The notes under the pieces: generated by a model | The model's input: the letters and a program-made list of their open reading frames with translations, nothing else | Database searches by the model: none | Told to the model about the DNA's origin: nothing | Position numbers and translations under genes: made by a program | Shown here: in pieces, positions 10,161 to 19,782 of the stretch | How positions within the stretch are numbered: the first letter of the stretch is position 1 | How the letters are laid out: every line of letters starts with the position of its first letter | NCBI GenBank assembly: GCA_038147295.1 | Contig: JAYQTH010000002.1 | Coordinates: forward strand, 74,243 to 138,242 | DNA length: 64,000 bases | DNA from: Gammaproteobacteria bacterium | Lineage (GTDB): Bacteria; Pseudomonadota; Gammaproteobacteria; Magnimaribacterales; TMED112 | Direction: 5' to 3'

Positions 10161-11027
10161 ATGACTCAATTAATTTTTTATCTAATTATTACAATTACTA
10201 AGTTTATCAGTCTTTTGCCCTCTTCTATCTTCAAAAATCCAAATTCTTTAATCTGGAAATTGCTTCAGACAAGACTAAAAAAAAGAAGGCAAATCATCCA
10301 AGCAAATATCAATTATTGTTTTCAAGAAAAATCAGAGGAATGGAAGACAAAGCTTGTTGAAAAAATATGGACACAAACTTTTTTTGCTCTTTATGCAAAT
10401 AACCTCGCATGGAATGCATCAGAAAAGCGGATTAGCGCTTTAGATTTGGAACTATCTAATGAGAATGTCTTAATCGAAGCAATCAGCAAAAAATCTGGTG
10501 TGTTACTTCTGTTCAGACATACGCTGTATTTAGAGCTATCTGCAAGATTATTAAGTTTGAAATATAAAGTTCATGGACTTGAGAGACCTAATAACAACAA
10601 ATTAATACAGATGATTCAGAGAGATGGACGCTTAAAGTCGGTAAAAAGCTTGATATCAAATTCAGATATAAAAGAATGTGTGGACTTATTGAAATCAGGA
10701 GAGGTTATTTTGTATGGGCCTGATCAAGATTATAGAAATAAGAGATCGGTAGTCTCCACTTTCTTTAATCAAGATTGTCTTACAACTACTGTGCCTTATA
10801 CACTTAAAAAACTAACGGGTTGTGAATTAATTTATTTTGATTTCTTTAAGGAAGGCGATAAGTATCAAATTAAATTTGAAAGTTTTGACGATCCTTTAAA
10901 CGACTCATTTAATTTTGCTAATCAGTTGAATAAAAAAATTGAGAAAAGCATATTACAGGCTCCCCACCAATACCTGTGGCATCACAGAAGGTTCAAATCA
11001 CAAGCACCAGAAATTTATGACAAGTAA
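10161..11027 (+). CDS. lpxL: lipid A biosynthesis (Kdo)2-lipid IVA acyltransferase (LpxL/HtrB family)
   Basis: 288 aa. LpxL/MsbB family features (..HTLYLE.., ..YGPDQDY.., ..QYLWHHRRFK). Next to waaA. Confidence 0.8.
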   Translation: MTQLIFYLIITITKFISLLPSSIFKNPNSLIWKLLQTRLKKRRQIIQANINYCFQEKSEEWKTKLVEKIWTQTFFALYANNLAWNASEKRISALDLELSNENVLIEAISKKSGVLLLFRHTLYLELSARLLSLKYKVHGLERPNNNKLIQMIQRDGRLKSVKSLISNSDIKECVDLLKSGEVILYGPDQDYRNKRSVVSTFFNQDCLTTTVPYTLKKLTGCELIYFDFFKEGDKYQIKFESFDDPLNDSFNFANQLNKKIEKSILQAPHQYLWHHRRFKSQAPEIYDK

Positions 11028-11631
11028 ATTCAAGAGATTTAATGAGATTAAAGGATTCTTAGATGTAGAAGAGGGCAAATTCCTCCACGAGCTTGTTATC
11101 CAACATTGTGCAAATGAGACAATCTTAGAAATTGGATCCTATTGTGGTAAATCGGCATGCTATTTGGCAGATGCAGCAGAACAAGTTAAAGCTACTTTTA
11201 TTTCTGTAGATCATCACAGAGGATCTGAAGAGCATCAACTTGGTCAAGAGTACCACGACCCAGAAGAATACGATGAAAGATTAAATAGAATAAATACGTA
11301 TCCATCTTTCAAAAGAAACTTGGATAGTGTGTCTTTACTCCATGCTGTTATTCCTTTGATAAGTGACTCGATATCTGCATCAAAAATAATTAAAAATGAT
11401 ATTGGTTTTGTCTTTATTGATGGCAGCCATACTTTTGAATCGGCAGAAAATGACTTTTATGCATGGCATGAAAAAATAAAAAAAGGTGGCATTCTGGCAA
11501 TTCACGATATCTATGATAGCGAGGAAGAAGGAGGACAAGCACCCAGAACAATAATGCTTAAGGCTCTTGAAACAAATTTTAAACTCCTTCGAAGAGTAAA
11601 AAGTCTTGTTGCGTTAGTTAAGACAAAATAG
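11017..11631 (+). CDS. class I SAM-dependent methyltransferase (Methyltransf_24 / O-methyltransferase-like)
   Basis: The track ORF begins at 10939 inside lpxL. The ATG at 11017 (MTSKFKRFNE..) is the plausible start. Motifs: EIGSYCGKSACYLA, FVFIDGSH, GGILAIHD. Confidence 0.7.
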   Translation: MTSKFKRFNEIKGFLDVEEGKFLHELVIQHCANETILEIGSYCGKSACYLADAAEQVKATFISVDHHRGSEEHQLGQEYHDPEEYDERLNRINTYPSFKRNLDSVSLLHAVIPLISDSISASKIIKNDIGFVFIDGSHTFESAENDFYAWHEKIKKGGILAIHDIYDSEEEGGQAPRTIMLKALETNFKLLRRVKSLVALVKTK

Positions 11632-12595
11632 CCTTATCCTTACCTGTAACATCGTATAGACAATCTGCTGCAATAACATAAGCAGCATTTGTCCAACTAG
11701 ATTTTTCTTCTGGCCAAAAAATTTTTTCAGCATATTGATAGCCTGTTGGCAGAATGCCTTCGCTGTCTTTAAAATTTGTTATTTCGTTAAATATCTGCTC
11801 TGCCATTTTAAAATCATTGGCTCGGCATAACGCAATTATCAATTCTGAGCTTTCAGCAAATGTGACCCATGGCTCTTCAATCACACATTTTATTCCAAGA
11901 CTTTCGACATGAAATTTTCTCATTTCATCATTTAAGTGCTGGTAGTTTTCATTTAGTCCTGCAAGAAAAGGGTAATAAAAATCCATTGAAAAACGAGACC
12001 TATCTATCCCATCTCTATTAAATCTGGATTTGTTATTTTTGAAACTTTCTTTTATAAGTTCCAGTTCTTTTTTCAGAGCATTTGTTTTTGAACCATAATA
12101 ATCAAAAGTATTGATTGCACATTTTAAGGATAAATAAATTGAAGCAGTAGCTGTAATTAGTGAGTTATCGCACATTCCTTTTTCATCTTGGGCCCAATAA
12201 AAGCATCCATGATCGTCTCTGACATCCAATACTGCTTCGACCAGATTGTTAAGAGTTTTCAAATGGTTTTTTACATAGCTATCGTTATTGCTCATTAAGA
12301 GGCATTGATAAAGAGGCACTGCTAAATAAATAGCATGATGATGTTCGTAATATTCCCTAGAGGACTGGCCTTTAATAAACTCTGATTTGATAAAAGAATT
12401 AGCATCTAAGTTACATAAAAACCAGTCAATCCCCTTTTTAAAAGTTTTATCATCTTCCCAAATAGCCAAAGCAATAAGACATTCTAGATGGTCCCATGGA
12501 TCACATTTGTCATTAAGATCCCAAGCAATACTGCCATCAGGCGCTTGGTTTTTTATTATCCAATCAATATGTGGTGCTAAATCTTGCTTTTTCAT
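11618..12595 (-). CDS. alpha/alpha-toroid protein (prenyltransferase/squalene-cyclase-repeat-like or GH15-like fold), function unknown
   Basis: 325 aa. QW-like motif WIIKNQAPDGSIAW and a C-terminal ..SSWTNAAYVIAA. Last gene of the ilvE-GT4-MT run, overlapping the preceding gene by 4 nt. Confidence 0.5.
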   Translation of the reverse strand: MKKQDLAPHIDWIIKNQAPDGSIAWDLNDKCDPWDHLECLIALAIWEDDKTFKKGIDWFLCNLDANSFIKSEFIKGQSSREYYEHHHAIYLAVPLYQCLLMSNNDSYVKNHLKTLNNLVEAVLDVRDDHGCFYWAQDEKGMCDNSLITATASIYLSLKCAINTFDYYGSKTNALKKELELIKESFKNNKSRFNRDGIDRSRFSMDFYYPFLAGLNENYQHLNDEMRKFHVESLGIKCVIEEPWVTFAESSELIIALCRANDFKMAEQIFNEITNFKDSEGILPTGYQYAEKIFWPEEKSSWTNAAYVIAADCLYDVTGKDKAILS

Positions 12596-13287
12596 TTAGT
12601 TAGATAAAAGCATTCACTTTTGCCAAATAACGGGTTAAGCATTTTTTCAATAAAAGCTGAGATTTGTGCTTGACCAAACATCTGTTTAACCAATAGCCCA
12701 TGAAATGATTTTAAAAAATCTGATTCCTCCATGTTATTTTTGGATCTCAGTATCCAGTAAATTGAATGAAATGAATGCTGCCTATGGTAGTTAAACAAGT
12801 TAAGCTTGTGCTTTTTAAAAGATTCCATTAGCTGAGCTTTTTTAAATATTCTGATGTGTCCTCCAGGCGTTTGCCTATATTTTTTTGAAAAAAACCAACA
12901 TAACTTTTCTGGTGTGTAAGTTGGCACGCTTATTAATAATACTCCTCCCGGCTTAAGAACACGATAACATTCAGAAAGCACTGCCTCATAGTTTGGTACA
13001 TGCTCTAGAACTTCTGAACATATAACTAGATCTTGTGAATTATCCTTAAGAGGCAAGTTTCTAATATCGTGATTTATAAACTCATATGTGTTGTTATTTT
13101 TACAGCCAATATCATCAAATTCTGAAATTAAGTTAACAATCTCTGTATGTGAATGATCAATACCAACTATTTGTGCATTTTTGATTTTGTGAGATAGTGA
13201 TTTAAGATGGCGTCCGTTACCACAACCAACGTCAACAGCGCAATTTATCTTCTTTAAATTTAATTTATTAAATTCAAATGTGTCCAT
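12592..13287 (-). CDS. class I SAM-dependent methyltransferase (Methyltransf_11-like)
   Basis: 231 aa. Motif I VDVGCGNGRH, D..ICSEVLEH and LKPGGVLLISVP. Confidence 0.8.
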   Translation of the reverse strand: MDTFEFNKLNLKKINCAVDVGCGNGRHLKSLSHKIKNAQIVGIDHSHTEIVNLISEFDDIGCKNNNTYEFINHDIRNLPLKDNSQDLVICSEVLEHVPNYEAVLSECYRVLKPGGVLLISVPTYTPEKLCWFFSKKYRQTPGGHIRIFKKAQLMESFKKHKLNLFNYHRQHSFHSIYWILRSKNNMEESDFLKSFHGLLVKQMFGQAQISAFIEKMLNPLFGKSECFYLTK

Positions 13288-14509
13288 TGGTAATTTTTTG
13301 ATAGAGTTTAGTAAGCTTCATAGCATACTCGTCCCAACCAAAAAAATCACCTCTTCTTTGAATGCTCTTTTGGATGAAATCTTCTCTCAATTGAACATCA
13401 TTGACCATATTAATGATCTTGTTACACAAGTCATTGGCATCATCTGGATTAAAAGATAAACCAGCTTCACCCATGAGTTCAGGCAGCGATCCTCTTTCAG
13501 AAACAATGACAGGAAGACCACATGAAATCATCTCAATAAGAGGAAAACCAAATCCCTCGTACAGCGAAGCTGAGATACCAATATCAGAAGATCTTAATTC
13601 TGAAAGCAATTCTTCATTAGATACCTTACTTCTGTAGCGTATTGAAGAATCCAGCCCTAAACTGCTTATTAAATTTTTATTCTTTTCTCTTATATCTCCA
13701 ACAACAGTCAAACTTAATTTCGGTTCTTTATTTTTCGCAAGAGCAAATCCTTTGATCAGGTTTGAAAGGTTTTTCATTGGAACATCAGAACTGACAATGC
13801 TTATAAGCTTATATTTAAAGTCAGATCCTGTGGAGCTCTTGTATTCAAGAGCATTTATTCCATTCCATATAACCTCAATGGCATCGGAATTAACATCAAA
13901 ATATTTTTGAATATCTTTTTTTGAATTATGAGATGGCGTGATTACCAGTCTTGATTGCTTCAAAGATTTTTTTTGAAAGTCTAGAAATGAATACCAATGT
14001 CTAATTGCAAGGCGCCTTAGAAAACTTTCTTCAAACCTTAGATCCAACTCGCGATCAACATGGATTGGGTGATGAAGTGTTGTCACCAATTTTTTATGCA
14101 TAAATCTTGGATACTGGCTTATTGACTGATTGTCATGAAATATATCGAAGGAATCTTTTAGCTCTTTGAATTTTTTATTTTCCGATAATCGTTGGCCAAA
14201 AAAAATTGGTTCAGTGAATACACCTAACAATGTTTTTAAAAAATCTTCAATTTCTAAAAAACTTTTATGCTTTAAAGCTTTAAAAATTTCTACTCTATCC
14301 TTAAAAAGAAACGTCTCAAAGTAGCCTGGTGTATCAACCTCTTCCACATGAATATTCTTGTCTAAGATAGGAAGCGGCTTACCAGAAAATACTGTTACTT
14401 CATGGCCTTGTGTTACCAGTGCCTCACAAACATGTTTTAGATATATGCCCTGTCCTCCTGATAATGGACTACTCCTATAGCTTAAAAAAGCTATTTTAAG
14501 TCTTCTCAT
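13274..14509 (-). CDS. glycosyltransferase family 4 (GT-B)
   Basis: 411 aa. N-terminal ..SGGQGIYLKH.. and the C-terminal E..EGFGFPLIEMISCGLPVIVS motif. Confidence 0.85.
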   Translation of the reverse strand: MRRLKIAFLSYRSSPLSGGQGIYLKHVCEALVTQGHEVTVFSGKPLPILDKNIHVEEVDTPGYFETFLFKDRVEIFKALKHKSFLEIEDFLKTLLGVFTEPIFFGQRLSENKKFKELKDSFDIFHDNQSISQYPRFMHKKLVTTLHHPIHVDRELDLRFEESFLRRLAIRHWYSFLDFQKKSLKQSRLVITPSHNSKKDIQKYFDVNSDAIEVIWNGINALEYKSSTGSDFKYKLISIVSSDVPMKNLSNLIKGFALAKNKEPKLSLTVVGDIREKNKNLISSLGLDSSIRYRSKVSNEELLSELRSSDIGISASLYEGFGFPLIEMISCGLPVIVSERGSLPELMGEAGLSFNPDDANDLCNKIINMVNDVQLREDFIQKSIQRRGDFFGWDEYAMKLTKLYQKITNGHI

Positions 14510-15417
14510 TAAACTTCAGTTAGCCAGTCTTGGTAGTTGGATTCTTCGCCTCTTACTGTCTTCAAGTAAGTAGATTGGATTAAGTTGGTAACTTCTCCCC
14601 TTTTGCCTGAACCAATATTGATTCTATCGACTGATCTGATAGGAGTTATTTCTACAGCAGTTCCACAAAAGAAAAGTTCATCAGCAGTATATAATTCATC
14701 CCTAGTTAAACTTCTCTCTAAAACCTCAATTCCATTATCTTTTGCAATCTCAATAACTGATCTCCTAGTTATTCCATTCAAACAGCATGTCAATTCAGGG
14801 GTCATGAGCTTTTTATCCTTAACGATAAAGATATTTTGACCGCTACCTTCAGCAACAAATCCATTTGTATCAAGCAATATGGCTTCTTGAAAGCCATTTT
14901 TTTTGGCATGATCGTGTGCCATTATGCCATTAACGTAACCACCACAAATTTTAGATTTAGTCATCAAGCTATTTGGATATTGGCGTGTGAACGAGGACAC
15001 CATGACATCTATGCCAGCTTCTAATGCCTCTTCACCAAAATAACTTGGCCACTCCCAACATGTCACCATTGCATGTCTATCAATGCCCTCAATATCAAGA
15101 CCTAAACGCTCACTGCCAATATAGATTAGAGGCCTAATATACGCATCACCTAAGTTTGATCTTTTAATGACTTCTTTTTGCGCTTCAAATAATTCGTCAT
15201 AGGAATAGTCAATATCAATACCAACTATCTTAGCTGACTCAAATAGTCGGTCTGTGTGCTCTTTAAGTCTAAATATATTAACGTTGCCAGAAACTGATTT
15301 ATATGATCTAACGCCTTCAAAAACACCTAGACCATAATGAAAAGTGTGAGTTAACGGGCTTAATGAAACATTCTCTTTTTCTTGAAAATTTCCATCAATC
15401 CAATAGGTATATGACAT
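14509..15417 (-). CDS. ilvE: branched-chain amino acid aminotransferase
   Basis: 302 aa, fold-type IV aminotransferase (..YGLGVFEGVR.., ..EGSGQNIF.., ..GITR..). Its stop shares 1 nt with the GT4 start. Confidence 0.9.
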   Translation of the reverse strand: MSYTYWIDGNFQEKENVSLSPLTHTFHYGLGVFEGVRSYKSVSGNVNIFRLKEHTDRLFESAKIVGIDIDYSYDELFEAQKEVIKRSNLGDAYIRPLIYIGSERLGLDIEGIDRHAMVTCWEWPSYFGEEALEAGIDVMVSSFTRQYPNSLMTKSKICGGYVNGIMAHDHAKKNGFQEAILLDTNGFVAEGSGQNIFIVKDKKLMTPELTCCLNGITRRSVIEIAKDNGIEVLERSLTRDELYTADELFFCGTAVEITPIRSVDRINIGSGKRGEVTNLIQSTYLKTVRGEESNYQDWLTEV

Positions 15418-15457
15418 TCAAGTATTATAATGAATTGGCATAATTAAGGGAAATAAG

Positions 15458-16819
15458 ATGAATCCAAACATTTTTCGTGCTTACGACATTAGAGGCAATG
15501 CTAATAAAGATTTTGATCCATCCACAGTAAAAAAAATAGGCTATGTGCTTGGAAAAAGAATATCTTTTTTAGGTGATAGTAAAGTTTATGTTGGCAATGA
15601 TAGCCGAACCTCAAAGGATGAAATTCTTAAAAACCTAACAATTGGTTTAAATGCTGCTGGGATAGCAGTTATTAACTTGGGTTTGGTTCCTACTCCAATG
15701 GTTTACTATGCAACCAAGATTGGAGATTGCTCACATGGGATCATGATTACTGGCAGCCATAATCCCAAAGATGATAATGGTCTAAAAATTGTCATAAATG
15801 ATGCCCCCACTTCAGGTTTGGCAATAAAAGACGAGGTATTTGCACTAGACAGCATTGAGCTAAAAACATGCAACAATTCCTCGGGAAGTTTTGAAAAAAA
15901 TTATCTAAATGAAGTGAAAAAAAAGGCTAGTCTTAAAAGAGCCTTAAAAATAGTTCTGGATGCGGGGAATGGAGCAGCAGGACCTCTAGCAAGAAAGGTG
16001 TTTGAAAATATAGGAGCAGAGGTAATCTCGATCAACGAAACTCCTGATGGTAACTTTCCAAACCATCATCCTGATCCCAGTAAAGAAAAAAACTTAGCTC
16101 AGGTAAAAGAAAAAATTCTTGTAGAGAATGCAGATCTTGGTTTTGCATTTGATGGAGATGGAGATCGCGTAGGCCTTATTACTAGCACTGGAAAACAAAT
16201 ATCATCCGACCACATAATTATGATTTTGTGTGAATATTACTTAAAAAAATTAAAAGGTCCGATTGTCTATGACGTTAAATGCTCAAATGAACTGCCTAAG
16301 CTCATCAAGAATTTAGGAGGGGAACCCCTTATGGAAAAAACTGGTCATTTCAACATTAAAAATGCAATTAAAAAAAGTGGCGCTGTGCTCGGTGGAGAGA
16401 TGTCAGGACATATATTTATAAATTATGAATGGTATGGTTTTGATGATGCTATCTTCACTGCAGCTATCTTAAGCAAAATTTTTTCAGAGAGCCTCTTAAA
16501 TGTAGATGAGCTATTTGATAAATTTCCCAAAACATTTTCAACTCCTGAATTAAACCTTGATGTGGATGATTCCAAAAAATTCTTAATGGTTGAACAGTTT
16601 ATTAAAAAGATGAATTTTAAAAATGCTGAAATTGATCTAACAGATGGCGTAAGAGTAAATAAAGCCAACTCTTGGGGGCTGCTAAGAGCTTCAAATACTT
16701 CTCCAAAATTTGTATTGAGGTATGAAGGAAATTCTGAAGAAGAATTAATGAATATAAAAGATGAATTTGAGAGTAATCTTAAACAGGTGTTTCCTAACCT
16801 TCCTATAGAATATAGCTAG
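15458..16819 (+). CDS. algC: phosphomannomutase/phosphoglucomutase
   Basis: 453 aa. Active-site TGSHNPKDDNG, Mg site FDGDGDR and sugar loop GEMSGH. Confidence 0.88.
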   Translation: MNPNIFRAYDIRGNANKDFDPSTVKKIGYVLGKRISFLGDSKVYVGNDSRTSKDEILKNLTIGLNAAGIAVINLGLVPTPMVYYATKIGDCSHGIMITGSHNPKDDNGLKIVINDAPTSGLAIKDEVFALDSIELKTCNNSSGSFEKNYLNEVKKKASLKRALKIVLDAGNGAAGPLARKVFENIGAEVISINETPDGNFPNHHPDPSKEKNLAQVKEKILVENADLGFAFDGDGDRVGLITSTGKQISSDHIIMILCEYYLKKLKGPIVYDVKCSNELPKLIKNLGGEPLMEKTGHFNIKNAIKKSGAVLGGEMSGHIFINYEWYGFDDAIFTAAILSKIFSESLLNVDELFDKFPKTFSTPELNLDVDDSKKFLMVEQFIKKMNFKNAEIDLTDGVRVNKANSWGLLRASNTSPKFVLRYEGNSEEELMNIKDEFESNLKQVFPNLPIEYS

Positions 16820-19239
16820 TTGAAAATATTCTGATAGTCAGCGTTATCTTCGTCCAATAATGACAGAAGATTTTCTTCTAGAAAATACTCAAAAACACTA
16901 TTATTAAAAGTATTTGATATCTCACCTGATTGCTCATCAATTCTAACTACAGATAAACCTTCTGGAACTAATAAATCTTTTTCTTTTAAATTATCTTTTG
17001 ATAGTTTTATAAAATCGAGCCAAATAGGTAAAGCATTTGTGCTACCAAACTCATTTTCACCAAGTGAGGTAAAGTCGTCTTTTCCAACCCATACTGAGGT
17101 TACAATATTCGAAGCATATCCAGAAAACCATGTACTGGTTGCATCATTGGTTGTTCCAGTTTTGCCTCCAATATTTTCAATAGGCAGCTCTAAATTTCTT
17201 CTGCTTGCATTTCTTTTTAATGCTTCCTTAAGAATATCTGCAACTATGTATGCTACTCTTGGATCCATGGCTTGGATATTAACTGAATTTACTAATTTAA
17301 GCCTTGGCATGTTTAGTTCATCAAATGGGGTGTCTGACATCCATGGAAAACTTATTTGAGAAAAATCCTCTAACTCATTGGCATAGTTATTATTTGGATC
17401 GTAGATTATCTCACCATCTAAGTTTTCTACACGATCAATTAAGATTGAATTTTTAAACTCACCACTATTGATAAGCAATGCATAGTTCTCAACATAACTC
17501 AATGGATTTGATGAGCCTGTACCCAAACCAACCGAAAGATTATTCGTCATCGAGGAACTTGTAAACATATACTTTTTCAAGCAGTCTAGTGTTGTTTTAA
17601 GACCAATGTATCTTACAAGCTTTATTGTTACCAAATTTAATGACTGTATGAGGGACTCTCTAAGCCTTATTTGGCCATAAAATGTTCCAGAATTATTTCG
17701 TGGTCTCCACACCTCCTCAAGTAACTCATCTTGGAATGCTATAGGGCCGTCAATAAATACAGATGAAGGATTTATGCCATTCTCAAAGGCACAGGCATAA
17801 ATGAATGGTTTAATGCTTGAGCCAAGCAAAAGGTTTGAGCTGCTTGCTCTATCAAATTTTGACTTCTCAAAATCATATCCGCCGACATAAGCTTTTATAT
17901 ATCCGTTATTTGAATCCATAGCTACAAGTGAAGCTTCTGCTTGAGGTATTTGAACTAAAAATTTAGATCCACCCTCCTCTTTGAAATAAGCAATACTTCC
18001 CAAAGAAAGAAAATCAGTTAGTGACTCGGACCTGCTATATTTTGTGTATTCGTCTCTCCAGTCAAGCTTGAAACTATTTAACTCTTTATCTACTACTATG
18101 GCTTCCTTTTCATCAACTAAAACCACCAGTCCTGGCTCCGCTGAATCATATGACTTTGAATCGGTAAGGATTGTTTGAATTTTTTGTAAATTATCTTCTA
18201 AAACCTGGGAAAAATTTAAGTTAGCAGAGACAAGAAATAGGGTATTTTTATCGAAATGTGACTTAAGAACTTGGAAATTTAAATCTGTAACAACACCATT
18301 GTCGGTCCAGCCATATCTATCTTGATAAATGTATAAGTTTTTTCTTACCGACTCGACAGCATTTTTCTGCATTTGTGAATCTAAAGTTGTATAGATGTTA
18401 AAACCATCCTCGTAAGCTCTGTTCCCAAAAATATTCAATATATCTGTCCTAACTTTTCCGCCAAATGACTGGCCTCTACCTCTATCTTAGGTCCAAAACT
18501 ATTTGGGGATACCTCTACATTTTGTGCTTGAAATAATTCATCTTCATTAATGAAGCCTTCAAGATACATACGATTTAATATGGTGTTTCGTTTTAATTTT
18601 GATGCAGATGGATTTCTAACTGGATTCACTCTTGAAGGTTGCTGAAGTATTCCAGCAAGAAGAGCTGCTTCGGCATTTGAAGCTTCTCTAAAATCTTTTC
18701 CAAAATAAGTATTGGTAGGCAGCAGCAAATCCATAGTTTCTGTTCCCTAGGAAAGCTTTATTGAAATATAGCTCAAATATCTCCTCTTTTGAAAGAATAT
18801 CTTCTAGCTGAAAGGCTAATATTATCTCTTTAATTTTTCGCTCATAAGTCCTTTCAAAATTCAACACATAGTTTCTAACTACTTGCATAGTTATTGTGCC
18901 GCCACCGCCAAGGGATTGTCCTGTAATCTCTCCGTAAGTTGCTCTCAACAAGCTAGTTAATTTAACTCCTGAATGCCGATAAAAATCACCATCTTCAGCT
19001 GCTATAATGGCATTTTTAAGGGTTTTAGGTATTTCCTCAAACTTGATTATTTCTCTCTTTTCAGTTCCAAACTGTCCAATTAATTTCTCATCTTTAGTGT
19101 AGACTCTCATTGGATTTGTAAGTTTTATTTCAGTGATGATTTCAATATCAGGCAAGTTCCTTGAAAAAAAAGTAAATATCAATCCCAAAACTAATAGGCC
19201 TGTTTGCATGAACACAAGAAAAATTCTTAGAAAGCGCAT
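16816..19239 (-). pseudogene. mrcA: penicillin-binding protein 1A, reading frame broken twice (true pseudogene or sequence errors)
   Basis: Three consecutive minus-strand ORFs (18688-19239, 18435-18734, 16816-18438) concatenate into one class A PBP. It has a TM anchor plus GT51 motifs (EDGDFYRHSGV, RKIKE), then a transpeptidase with SSIKP and KTGTTND. The breaks are at about 18714-18726 (+1) and at T4 18454-18457 (-1). Confidence 0.85.
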
Positions 19240-19281
19240 AGATATATATTATTATTCAGATTCATTATTTTTTTTACTTAT

Positions 19282-19782
19282 ATGAGCATTTTTTTAGTAG
19301 GAATGATGGGTTCAGGAAAATCTTCTGTAGGAATTAAGCTATCAGAGATTTTGCAAAAAGAATTTGTTGATTTAGATAACAAGGTTGAGCGTGATTTTGG
19401 TAGGAAGATTACCGACATATTCCGTGAATTTGGAGAAGAAAAATTCAGATATCTTGAATCTGTTGCCTTAGAAGAATTATGCAATTGCCCGAATATCATT
19501 GTTGCAACAGGTGGTGGAATACTTCAAAGAAAGCAAAATGTTTCTTTGCTGATAAATAAAAAGGTTTATTTTCTAGATGCCGATCCAGAGAAACTATACC
19601 AGCGCGCTAGTAAAAGAAAATTTAACAGGCCAAAAATGAAAAACTTATCATTAAAAGGATTTATCGAACTTTACAATGAAAGGAGGAACCTATACTCTTC
19701 TGTAGCTAACGTCACTATAAATACAGATGAACTTAGGCCTATTCAAATAGCAAAAAAAATAAAACAACATGAATCAGATTGA
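19282..19782 (+). CDS. aroK: shikimate kinase
   Basis: 166 aa. P-loop GMMGSGKS and aroK-aroB synteny, divergent from mrcA. Confidence 0.9.
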   Translation: MSIFLVGMMGSGKSSVGIKLSEILQKEFVDLDNKVERDFGRKITDIFREFGEEKFRYLESVALEELCNCPNIIVATGGGILQRKQNVSLLINKKVYFLDADPEKLYQRASKRKFNRPKMKNLSLKGFIELYNERRNLYSSVANVTINTDELRPIQIAKKIKQHESD

